Below the pieces are notes generated by a model. The model saw only the letters and a program-made list of their open reading frames with translations. It was not told the origin of the DNA and searched no databases. A stretch of DNA of 63,223 nucleotides, filler included, from Neoconidiobolus thromboides FSU 785 (lineage: Eukaryota; Fungi; Entomophthoromycota): the NCBI GenBank assembly GCA_025603075.1. It is 5 parts of 5 records of this genome, joined end to end, with 100 filler letters (N's around TTAATTAATTAA, not from the genome) between each part and the next. Parts side by side here need not be neighbours in the genome. Positions count along the whole stretch, not along the records: positions 31,118 to 59,622 come from MU626496.1; positions 59,723 to 60,959 come from MU627011.1; 3 more parts are not named here. One strand, 5' to 3'. A program made the translations under genes and the position numbers. Below are positions 49,173 through 59,962 of the stretch, piece after piece (the stretch's first letter is position 1; every line of letters starts with the position of its first letter).

Positions 49173-50559
49173 ATGGATCCAACTTTAGTTGATTTAGAAG
49201 CAGCTGAAAATCACCTAAAGTTAACTAACAATATCTTCGCTGTATTTTCTATTTTATCAGCTGTAACCGTGTTGGTTATATTATCTTTTATAAGTACTAC
49301 TTTTTATACATATTAAAATAAGTTTCTAATCTTATACAGGTCTATATGATAGTAAATTAGTTAATCGAGTCTCGTTAAAATTATGTTCAGCTATAGCAGT
49401 AGTTGATATATTTCGTACAATATCGTTTACATTTTATATCTACATAAAAGAAGAAGGATTATTTTGTAAGATTAATGGAGGATTTATCAGCTTTATAATC
49501 TTATGCCATATGTTGTTAAGTGTGGGAATTGCTTTAAACTTACAATTACTATTTTTAAACCGAAAAATATACAAAGATTGGTGGCAATGGTTCTATTGGT
49601 TCCTAGGCTTTGGAGTACCAGCTATATTGACATTGATAGTGGGGGCTCTAGGTAGCTTTGGTTTAGATCCTGTATCCGGAGTTTGTTTTTTTAAAACCAT
49701 TCATACTACCGATGTATTACCACATGTTTACCTATGGATTGGTTTCATGTTCCCCACTATCTTTGGCTGTGCTTATTGTTTATCTGTTGCTATATTAACT
49801 GTATTAAGTTTAAAAGACAGTAAAAGCTTACTGTTTCGATTAAAAATGAAATCGAATAGTCGTAGCAACCCAGACAAGTTAAATTCTTCAACATCTGAAG
49901 ATGATGGTGTTAATGCCAAATCAACAAAATTAACTATTAATGAGGATACCCTATCCTTATTAATAAGAAGAATCACTATTTACTGTGTAATACCAACGGT
50001 TACTCAATTTGGCTGTACCTTGGCTATATTTTATGGTGAAGTTCATGGAGAAATACCGTTTTGGATGTATTACCTTGATGTTGTAGCCACTCATTTATCA
50101 GGAATATTAAGCTTAGTTGGATTTTTATATGACCCAGCATTAAAAAACTCGTTAAACTTTATCAAATTAGATTTATTAAACTATAAAGTGAATAGTGCAT
50201 CGTACGACAACGAGTTCAATTTTAACCCACATCATCATCCTTGGATCTGTATTCTATTCCGTAAAATGTTATTAGGAAGTTTGAATGATAAATCCAATGG
50301 TCTCAACTATAGTAATAATACACCAATTCAAAACATTATAGTCGATGTTAAAGAGATCACAGATAATGAAAAATTTCCAAATAATGATAACAATATAAAC
50401 ATGAAAGATTTAAGTCAAAGAAGTCAGCATACCATTGATAGCTATGATACTAACAATACTGGCGCTAATTTGGTTAAAGCTGATAGTAATGATACCAACA
50501 AAAACAGTAAAGCTAAGCGTAAAGATAAAAATTATTTCCGTGCAGTTGCTGGGCTGTAG
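49173..50559 (+). CDS. 7TM receptor-like protein gene D, 2 exons
   Basis: MDPTLVDLEAAENHL..TM1, intron, LYDSKLVNRVSLKL; ALNLQLLF; WFYWFLG; IRRITIYC; LVGFLYDP; ends FRAVAGL*. Confidence 0.85.
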
Positions 50560-51270
50560 GCTTAAAGTTCAATCTACTTTACATATTAATTTTACTTGAT
50601 TCGAACTATTAACTAATTTAAATAAAAAAAATAATCTAATAAGCTTATGTTTTTGTGTCCCTTTTTTATCTATCACATGCAAAACATTAAACGACTTATA
50701 TCAATAACACTTAATAGATAAACATTTTAGCAACAATTTAAGATGAGCGGATTACTGATGTAAAGCTAATCTTTGATTAGAAACTATAGTATTTCCAGAA
50801 AATTTGGCATAGATGCTTATTTTTCTAGCAAAGGTTTCATTTTAAACAAGCGTAATATTGTTTTAAAAAATCTTAGGAGTTAGACTCTAAGAGGTTTATT
50901 GCTAGAAGTAGTAAAAGTATACAAAAAACTAAACGACAATTAGAATAAATACAACAGAGGGAGAGATATGGTAGAGGGGAATTTTCGAAAAACTGGGAAA
51001 TTAACCAATTCGACTTCACCTGCTTTAGAATTGAGTAGGATTAATTTCATAAACCCAAACTCTGGTTTGTACAACACTACCTGGGAGTGGAAGTGTATAA
51101 AGATAATATAATAATAAATTTTTTTTTATTACATTTAAATTGCTTTGATCTGCTAATGAAATTATAAAAAATTAAAATTAAAACTTTTTAAACATAGATT
51201 TCAACAACTATAAAAATAGCCATATAAATGATTTTAACTAAAAGTGATAAAAATTCAAAATATAATATAT

Positions 51271-51368
51271 GAGGATGTATTCTCTTGTTTAAGAATTTTA
51301 CTAACAATCTTTCCACTCAAATAGCGCTTAAAAAATGGAAAAAGTAATGAAATCAAAAAAACATCTCA
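51271..51368 (-). mobile_element. MITE-1 copy (B)
   Basis: GAGGATGTA...ACATCTCA; TSD ATAT/ATTT. Confidence 0.9.
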
Positions 51369-51608
51369 ATTTATTTTAAATTTTATTAAATCAATAAAAT
51401 ATAACTTTTTGTGAATGTTTAAACAAACTGAGTCTACACAAAATAGTCCTAAAATTTAGTTCTTTTATAATATTAAAAATTAGCCATACTAATTAAATGA
51501 ATATAAATATATATTTTTTAGTACTGTTTATTTATTTATTTAATCCTTTTATATTAAAATAATGTAACTAAATTGGTAATTTGAAATTTAGCTTTTAGAG
51601 CCTAGCTA

Positions 51609-51870
51609 CAGATGAGGCCATATTTTTTTGTCTAAGAATTTTACTAGCAATCTTTCCGCTCAAATAGCGCTTAAAAATGAAAAAAGTGATGAAACTAAAA
51701 AATATCTTCAGGTGTTGCAACTCTATCGTACTTAATTAACTGTTAATTCAGTAATTTAGTTTTGCTAAAATCAGATTATGATTGAAGGTTAGACATTAAA
51801 AAAATGAAGTAACAAATAAGTGACTCTAAAAATTACCACAGACCAGATTGCAATAGAGTTGCAAGGGCTA
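51609..51870. mobile_element. MITE-2 copy carrying a nested MITE-1
   Basis: Removing MITE-1 and one TSD restores TA-CAGATGTTGCAACTCTAT; right end ATAGAGTTGCAA. Confidence 0.72.
51614..51709 (-). mobile_element. MITE-1 copy (B), nested in the MITE-2 terminal repeat
   Basis: GAGGCCATA...ATATCTTC; TSD AGAT/AGGT. Confidence 0.85.
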
Positions 51871-53363
51871 ACATTGTTGTTATTGGCGTTGTCTGGATTA
51901 TCTATACGATTTCCAATAAATTTTATTAAAAAATGGTTTTATCCCACCTATAGTATTGAGAATAGTTAGGGAATATCGGGAACAATCTTCGAAGAATTCT
52001 TGTATATCCAGCACTGTACTAAACTCTAAAAAGAATAATATGATGACTTTCAGTTTAATTTCGACTGGTGTTCCACCTTTCATAACCTATTTCCTTTACT
52101 ATTTTATAGACTTATTGTTTTAAATAAATAAACCTTTTGTATGGAAAATAATCAAAAAAGGATAACTATTTATCTCAAAGTTTAAAACTGTAAACCAAAC
52201 TGGACTCTGATCTTCTCTATTACACTGGCAATTAAACTTTTCTTGGCCAACTACATCCTAAAAAAATGTTTCGGATTTTTATTTGAATTTTAAGTTGACT
52301 TTAATCTGGATCATATCAGTTGAAAATCTGATTTCTTATATTTTCCCCTTAAAATCTTTTATTTAAAACGGGTTATTGTTTTTTTCATAAAAAACATATT
52401 AAACTCAAAGGAAATATGATTGTTTTAAACATAATAATAACTATTAATTATCAAAGTTAATAACCTTATTTATTAACGTGCTATCAGAAAAGAATAGCTT
52501 TGTTATTAGAAACTATTATCTTTTTATCTTTTTAAAGCTTTATTGATGATTAGATCATTATCATAACTTCTATTAAGCCCTAATATGAGGTTGATAAGTA
52601 TATAAATATGTTGAATTATCACTTTTATTTCAAGAAGAAAAGGGATATCTTATCAAAAATAAGAGCCGAGTTGTAGTATAAGATAAGTTTAATCAATTTA
52701 ATAACAATTAAGCTCATAAACTCAATTTAGTGAATTTTTTGCATAAAGAATAATTTTTAATCTTGGAATTAAAACAACTGCGAATAACGCTTATTAAATT
52801 TTGTGGTTTATTGATAATAGAAATTAATTTGATGAGATTGTAGTTTTTTTATTGAATGTGTTTGAACTAGTGCTATAAATAAAACCATACTATTTTAGTT
52901 TTATTGTTACTATTATTAAACTGAAATATAATATTTCGAAAAAGCAACGATATTGATAGGTGGAACAAGTCATAAAAATAAATAAATAAATAATAGCAAA
53001 TCGATAATAGATAATAATGATAATATTGACTATTGTTGTAACCCATTTATTTTAATATTACTTAAACTATTTTTAACAAATTATCTAAATGAATGATATC
53101 ATATTCGAAAGCAGCTTTAAATTTCAACCTACAAAATTATGGCTTATTTTATTGGAAGATAAGAAACTTTGGGGAAGGAGGATAGCTATTAGGCTCAAAC
53201 TAAAGTTTTATTAAGAAAATAGATATCAACTCAGCCCCTGAAAAAAGATAAAAAAATAACAACGATTAGTAATAAATAGAATAACAAAGTATATAAGTAG
53301 TGATAAATCAGATAAAAGTATAACTAAATTTTTATTTAATCAAAATAACTAAGTAAATTGATA

Positions 53364-53933
53364 ATGCAGTTAGAGATAGACGCCAACTCTCAATTGTTGC
53401 CTAGATATAGCGCTTTACCTATAGCTGGAGATGTAAGCTTAAGTCCAAGTGGATATATTCTCAGTAAAAAGATACAGGATGGAAGTTATGTGGTGTTAAA
53501 CATAAGGAATCAATATTTTCATACTATATATACACTTAACTTTATGAGTGGAGAGCCAATCATTTTAATAGACCATAATAGTTTCGAGAGTATGGAACTA
53601 AAATATCAAACAAAACTTTATAAAAAAATTATCCGATTAAAGTTAAACAAAGGGTCAAATGAAGAGATGGAAGTGAGTATAAGGTTACCAAATATGTTCA
53701 AATCAAATTGCAAGATTCGATTTTTGAATCAAGATGTTACTTATTATTGGACACCGAGGTCCATCTCAAGGTGGTATTTGACTGCAAAGGGAAGTGAAAA
53801 TTGGTTAGCTACGTACCAAGATGATAAAAAATGTCAGACATTTGGTAAAATTGAATTACTTGAAAGTATTTCTAATTATCATCATGATTTGTTAGCCAGT
53901 ATTATGGCTTTAGTTCGATTTAAATCTATTTAA
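53364..53933 (+). CDS. Hypothetical protein (~189 aa), possibly a beta-rich Tubby-C/LURP1-like fungal domain
   Basis: Intact 570-nt ORF from ATG in AT-rich DNA; TYYW..WYL..LATY..FGKIEL..DLLASIMAL pattern; fold assignment is inference. Confidence 0.6.
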   Translation: MQLEIDANSQLLPRYSALPIAGDVSLSPSGYILSKKIQDGSYVVLNIRNQYFHTIYTLNFMSGEPIILIDHNSFESMELKYQTKLYKKIIRLKLNKGSNEEMEVSIRLPNMFKSNCKIRFLNQDVTYYWTPRSISRWYLTAKGSENWLATYQDDKKCQTFGKIELLESISNYHHDLLASIMALVRFKSI

Positions 53934-54895
53934 TAATATTTATATAAACAAATAAAAATACATGTATAATTTTTAAATAGTGTTTTAGCTTCGGTTTTAT
54001 TTCATTATTAACATTAAACTTGAGTATGTAAAAAAGCAATTATGAAATTATTGGTTTAACTTTGATTAAACATTATAAAATTTTAATAGAACTATTTTAA
54101 TTAAATTTCTTTAAAATAGCAAAATCAACAATTAAGCCCAAATTTAATAAAATTTTAAAATGCCCAAAATAAAAATAAACCAAATTTAGAAGTTGCTAAA
54201 TCCACTATTTTACAAGTTTATTCTAGCTTGAAATTTACCAAGCTAAAGCTTCACCTATTCATTAATTTTACTTAATTTTATGTTTTGAGTTACTATATTT
54301 ATAACAAGTAACAAATAAAAACAATTGCCTCTATTTAAACTTAAAATTTCACTTACTTCGATACTATCAATACAATGACATCATTATTATTATGAAATAA
54401 TTTTCTATCTTTCCAAGTACTTGAAGTTTTAAGATATCAATCTATAAAGAGGAGTAGTAAAGCTAAACTATTATCAAATACTGCTCTCTACCTTCTTTCA
54501 GCTAGTTCTTTCCTTTAAAATCAATGATTTCAGGAACCCACCTAATAAATTTGTGCTTTCATGAATATAAATAAAGGGACTATTTGTTATTGATTTATAC
54601 TAGCAATAGTAATCGATTGATTTTTATATTAAATCTAGTTTTATTTTCAATGTGATAGTGTATATTTTGAAAGCGATTGGCTAAATTTATATTTAATTTA
54701 ATGAGCTTAATCTTACAATTAATGAAAATCCAAGTGATGAACAGTAAGTAAAAATAAAGATTTAATAATGTTATAAATAAATTGTAGATCAATTAAGAGA
54801 ATGAAGAGAGACAAAAAGTATAAATAATACTAAAATATTAATTAAAAAGAAAGTTTATTTTAAAGTTATTGACATTAAGTTTGGAAAATTAAAAT

Positions 54896-55774
54896 ATGGA
54901 GGATTGTTATAAAATTGTCGTATTAGGTGATGGTGGTGTTGGTAAGGTAAAATTTTAGCCATTGTTTGTAAAGTTGCTAATATTATTTTTTAATTTCAAT
55001 CTAACTTAGACCTCACTTACTATTCAGGTATATTAACATAAATTGTTCATAAAAAATTAATACTTATTTTTAATCATACTCATAAATACGATAGCTTTGC
55101 TTAAATCATTTCGTTGGTAAGCTAATACAAACTTATAAATTGATAATAGCTAATAATACTGTTTATTGATTTTATATATTATGATTCATTAATTAGATGT
55201 AATTTACCTTAATCACTATTTAACTAAAAATTAAACAAAAGTTGATAGACTTATGATCCTACTATTGAAGATTCATATAGAAAACAAATTGAATTAGATG
55301 GAGAGCCATGTGTATTAGAAATTCTTGATACTGCTGGGCAGGAGGAATATACCGCATTAAGAGATCAATGGATTAGGTTATACAATAATTATTAAATAAA
55401 TAGCTGATTACTAATAATTAAATAGGGATGGGGAAGGATTTGTATTAGTGTATTCAGTAACGATTCGTACTTCTTTTGAACGTCTAGAGAAATTCCGTGA
55501 TCAAGTTACGAGGGTCAAGGATACAGATGACGTACCTATAGTTATAGTAGGAAATAAATGTGATTGTGAAGATTTGAGAGAGGTGCCCAAGGAAGAGGGG
55601 TCGGAAAACGCAGAAAGATTAGGATGTAAATTTATTGAAGCTTCTGCAAAAACTTCTTTAAATGTGGAAGAACCCTTTTACGAAGTAGCTAGAATGCTTA
55701 GAGCCAGAGCTCGTGGAGAAACACTCGAAGATGAAGTACCAGTAAAAAAGAAGGGCAAATGTTTAGTACTGTAA
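54896..55774 (+). CDS. RAS2: Ras GTPase, fungal Ras2 type; exons 54896-54946, 55010-55027, 55095-55116, 55197-55198, 55249-55376, 55426-55774 (189 aa)
   Basis: GDGGVGKT; [22 protein letters not shown]; DTAGQEEY; DQWIRDGEGF; NKCD; EASAK; CAAX CLVL; exons sum to 570 nt. Confidence 0.93.
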
Positions 55775-56270
55775 TTCATGTTTCTATATTATATAGTCAT
55801 TTATTCTACATTTATTTAAAAAATGAAAATAAAATAATTGTTTATAAGAGCGAGTTTTTTAATATTGATAGTTAACTTATCGAAGTTTAAAAAGATAATG
55901 TTATATTGTAAAGTTTAAGAAAAAAGTCTTTGGTTTCTAATCATTGTAGATACAACAATATATTATAGCTATCAGTAAATATTGCTTATTATTACAAAAT
56001 CTAAATATTTTATCTAAATTTGTCATCATTGATTTGAAGAGTTATTCAAACAAAATACACCAAGCTAATATTGAAATATTCTTTTGATATTCAATTAGAA
56101 CATAAAATTTAGGTTTTAGGTTTAAAAAGACATTCTTTTTGTTAGGATTTCATTTTGTATCACTAATAAAGCCACCAATTAAACCAATGTTTTTTTAATG
56201 AGTTGTTTAGTAGTTATTCAAACTTTTAGTTGATAAGTTTAGAATTTAGTTTTTCTTAAAATTACAAAGT

Positions 56271-57152
56271 ATGCTGCTAAACTATTTTTTGATATTATAT
56301 AGTCTATTATTTATCATAGCCGAGACACAGGTAATTATAAAGAATAATAATTTAAAAATGTGATAATTTGATTTTTGAAGTTAGAAACATTAACTAATTC
56401 AGATTGGACCATTAATTTATATTTGACAAAAATTAAAAAACAATATGCAAGTATTAAACTAGATAAACAAATAAATCAAGATGATAATACGGAGAAATAT
56501 TTTACAAGCGTTCAATACAATGAGGAGTTTAATAAGGATTCTGAAATAGATAATGACACTCCAATTGAAGTTGTTGCACAATCAACACAAGCTAATTATA
56601 CCCTAGGTTTTAATGTTTTAAAGGTAATAAATTCATTGATTTTATGCTATTTTTATTTATTTATTAGTGTCAATCACCTTGTAGTTTTGATTTTGTTATT
56701 TACTTAAATAACGAAGGTAAGTGATAGGAGCTATTTTAAATAATAGTATGCTTATTTTTTTAGGTTATCCACAATCTTTTAACTTTGATCAAATCAGTTC
56801 GAATTTTGTATATGACCAAACTAAAGTAATAGCTTATCTACTTGTTATTATGTTTTAGTAAATTAAATTTTAGAACCAAGACTTACCACTATCAATTTCA
56901 CGTTCAGAAGTAAAATTCATACCATTGGGTCCAAGGTAAGTCTAGCTAATATATAAACATAGTTCAGGTTAACCATTTGTTTTTATAAGTCCAATTCTAT
57001 TCAATGACTATTATGACGAATTTTTAGCGAGTAAAAAGAAGGAAGAAGGTAGTTCGTTTATAATGAAATATTGGTATATTATTATACCCGCTTTCTTAAT
57101 CATGTCCGCGATTGGGGGTGGGGAAGAAAGCACGGGCGAAAAGAAAGATTAA
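56271..57152 (+). CDS. EMC10: ER membrane protein complex subunit 10, 6 exons (not in the ORF track as a whole)
   Basis: Signal exon; spliced frame ends KKKEEGSSFIMKYWYIIIPAFLIMSAIGGGEE, the EMC10 C-terminal KYW signature. Confidence 0.82.
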
Positions 57153-57489
57153 TTGGGTTAGACTCATATCATTATAAATAAATATGAGAGACTATCAAAG
57201 TACTGTGGGATCTTGAAAAGTATTTTTTCCTTTTTTTTGTATACTCAAATTTACTTTTAGTTCAACTATCATTTACATTACCATTTACACTCCTTGTTGA
57301 AATTGCTTGAATGCTTTGGTTTTCTAAGTTTTTTTATAGCAGCTTGAGCGATATTAAATAAAAACGTTATCTCACACAATACGATAAATCCCAGCTTTCA
57401 ATGTATTTATTGAATATATTATAGTTACGTTGGGTAAACGTCGAAAAAAGATAAAGAAATTGACGGGCTAGTTCTTTAATAAAACATTT

Positions 57490-57588
57490 GGGGACGTTTT
57501 TTTTGGTTTCATTACTTTTTCCATTTTTTAAGCGTTATTTGAGCGGAAAAATTAGTAGTAAAATTCTTAAACACAAAAATACATCCCT
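57490..57588 (+). mobile_element. MITE-1 copy (A)
   Basis: GGGGACGTT...ACATCCCT; TSD ATTT/ATTT. Confidence 0.92.
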
Positions 57589-58659
57589 ATTTCTTTAAAT
57601 TGCCTAATGATTTTTGCTTAAAAAGTAAGTAGCCATCTTACTTTTGAAATCAATTTTCATTTAGTTATAGGAGTTACTAACTAGATAAATCAACTTTAAA
57701 ATAGAATATTAAATATCAAATATCAACCTGTTAATAGTTTAAAAGCAGAATCAAAATTAAGGTTCCTGATTAATATTTTGTCAACTTTATCTCAACTCTA
57801 ATGCCAACTTTAATATAACCATAGCACTAAAACTAGTCTAAATGTTAGTGCTCAGGTGTTTTTTTAGCAATTTTTAGCTCATAGTATAGTTTTTCTATAC
57901 AAAAAATTGGCTTAAAATATAGGAATTTATATACTAGCATGACACCCTTCTATTATTGTTATTAATTTGTAATTTGTAATTAATGAACAGCTATATTAAG
58001 TTGGTATTGATTATAAATAAAGATCTTAGTAATATAACCCGTTACAGAAAATTTTGATAGAAAAAACTATATAATTACAATAAATTTAATGAAGTTAGCA
58101 TAACTTTCCATGAACTTTGATTTGATTTTTTTGTCAGAAAATTGACCAGCTTTGAAACCACTTGGGGTATACAATTTAGAATATTAACAATCTCAACAGT
58201 ATAGCATTTTTAATAAAGTAATATACGAAACATTATAGTGACGTTATACGATTTCGATATACATTTTTACTTTCTATACTTTTATTTTATACTATAATAG
58301 GGTTTTACCTACAATAGAAATCTATTATTTTTTGAATATCTTAAAATATTTACAAGTTCAGATGCTTTTTGGTCAATTGATCTATAGCGAATGTGTATAA
58401 ATGCAATTTCCTGTTTATCATAACTATCTGATTTTAATTTATTTTTATAGTGTATACCAAGGAATATTTAAATAAGTCTTAATTAATACTACTAGAAAAT
58501 AACTAAGGAAATATTGCTTACTTTTAAAATCCCTGGAAGGGTGGGAAGCACCTAAAAGGTTTATTCAAATTAAAAAAAACGAAAGAAATCCAGTAAAAAT
58601 AGAAAAAAGTGGCAACTAGGATGGAATGGATAGTAAAAGCAAGATGAAAATAATTAAAT

Positions 58660-58755
58660 GGAGATGCTTTTTTTATTTTATAATTTTTTCCATTTTTCAA
58701 GCGCTATTTGAGTAGAATAGCTGTTAGTAAAATTTTTAAACAAATAACTTTTTGA
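58660..58755 (+). mobile_element. MITE-1 copy (A), right end eroded
   Basis: GGAGATGC..CAAGCGCTATTTGAG..GTTAGTAAAATT; left flank AAAT. Confidence 0.78.
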
Positions 58756-58770
58756 TATATTTTGCTTTAC

Positions 58771-58865
58771 GAGGATGTTTTTTTGTCTAAGAATTTTACT
58801 AACAATCCTTCTACTCAAATAGCGCTCAAAAAATGGAAAAGTAAGGGAATCAAAAAAACATCCGC
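58771..58865 (-). mobile_element. MITE-1 copy (B)
   Basis: GAGGATGTT...ACATCCGC; TSD TTAC/TTAT. Confidence 0.87.
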
Positions 58866-58867
58866 TT

Positions 58868-59622
58868 ATGTTAATTTAAAAATTGTTCAGTTTTTAGTAC
58901 TTTACTTAGTTTACTAAGTATTGTACAGTGGTTTGAGGAAGTTACAAATGATGATTGGAGTCATTCAAAAAGTACACATATATTGTAAATGGATACTAAT
59001 TTTAGTACAGATATAATTGATTCTTATTTTATAATTCAATTGAAACATAAAGTAGAACCCATATCATATGAAAGCTTTCCACTGCTTAGTTTAGTTGGAC
59101 CAGTTGGCGTATCTGGTAGAACAAGGGGTAAATTTTCAGTTGAAACAGGATCAAATCTAATTCATCAATTATAAAAATGTTTGAAACTATATCGTTTAAT
59201 ACTAAACCAAGTATGAAAGAAACAATCCAGAAAGGTGGGGCATATTGTTAACTCCTAGTGGGAACAGTGGTATTGAAAATTAATTACATGCCCAGAGTTT
59301 ATTGAAGATTATAAAAAGTTGATAGCAAAATCCAAAGTTATTTTTACAGTATGTACTGGATCCTTTGTGTTGGCTAAAACTGGGTTAATAAATGAGTTTA
59401 AAGCGACAACAAATAAATTACTCTATCCAAAGATAACTCCACTTTATCCGAACGTTGAATGGGAACCGAATGCTCGTTGGATTCATCATCGTCAGTTTAT
59501 TACTTCATCCGGGGTTACTGCTGGTATAGATGCGGCTTTTTATATATTAGCTTTGGCTAAAAATATTGATGAGGCTAAAAAATTCTCAAAGATTCTAGAA
59601 TATTTACCAGATTGGGATCCAG
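58868..59622 (+). pseudogene. DJ-1/PfpI (class I glutamine amidotransferase-like) gene, disrupted 5' half, 3' end cut by contig edge
   Basis: VIFTVCTGSFVLAKTGL..ATTNK..ARW..ITSSGVTAGIDAA intact; upstream WGILLTPSG lies in another frame; stop codon and 1-nt frameshifts. Confidence 0.75.
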
Positions 59623-59722
59623 NNNNNNNNNNNNNNNNNNNNNNNNNNNNNNNNNNNNNNNNNNNNTTAATTAATTAANNNNNNNNNNNNNNNNNNNNNN
59701 NNNNNNNNNNNNNNNNNNNNNN
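59623..59722. other. Artificial contig-joining spacer
   Basis: 44N-TTAATTAATTAA-44N. Confidence 0.97.
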
Positions 59723-59962
59723 TCAAGTGGAAATCCAGGATCTTCAGGTGCTCCAGGTTCTTCTGGCGCCCCAGGTTCAAGTGGAAATCCAGGATCCTCA
59801 GGCGCTCCAGGCTCTTCCGGTAACCCAGGATCTTCAGGTGCTCCAGGTTCTTCAGGGACATCTGGATCGACTGGTAATCCAAGCTCCTCTGGACACTATG
59901 GTTATGGATATGGACGTGGGAATAGTGGTTACAACTCTTATGACCTTTATGGTGCTAACTAG
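59723..59962 (+). CDS. 3' end of a collagen-like (Gly-X-Y)n protein with a Gly/Tyr-rich tail
   Basis: Frame from 59723: SS-GNP-GSS-GAP-GSS-GAP... 17 consecutive Gly-X-Y triplets, then SSSGHYGYGYGRGNSGYNSYDLYGAN*; third positions vary synonymously. Confidence 0.85.
   Translation, partial: SSGNPGSSGAPGSSGAPGSSGNPGSSGAPGSSGNPGSSGAPGSSGTSGSTGNPSSSGHYGYGYGRGNSGYNSYDLYGAN

Noticed and set aside
51898-52083. 61-aa ORF with faint similarity to the gypsy RT segment GAKYFSKIDLKS
   Set aside because: Too short and too weak; flanking RT motifs not found
2450-58865. MITE-1 repeats as a CRISPR-like array or structural RNA genes
   Set aside because: Dispersed, in both orientations, with TIRs and TSDs, in a eukaryotic context; no regular spacers, cas genes or tRNA/snRNA motifs
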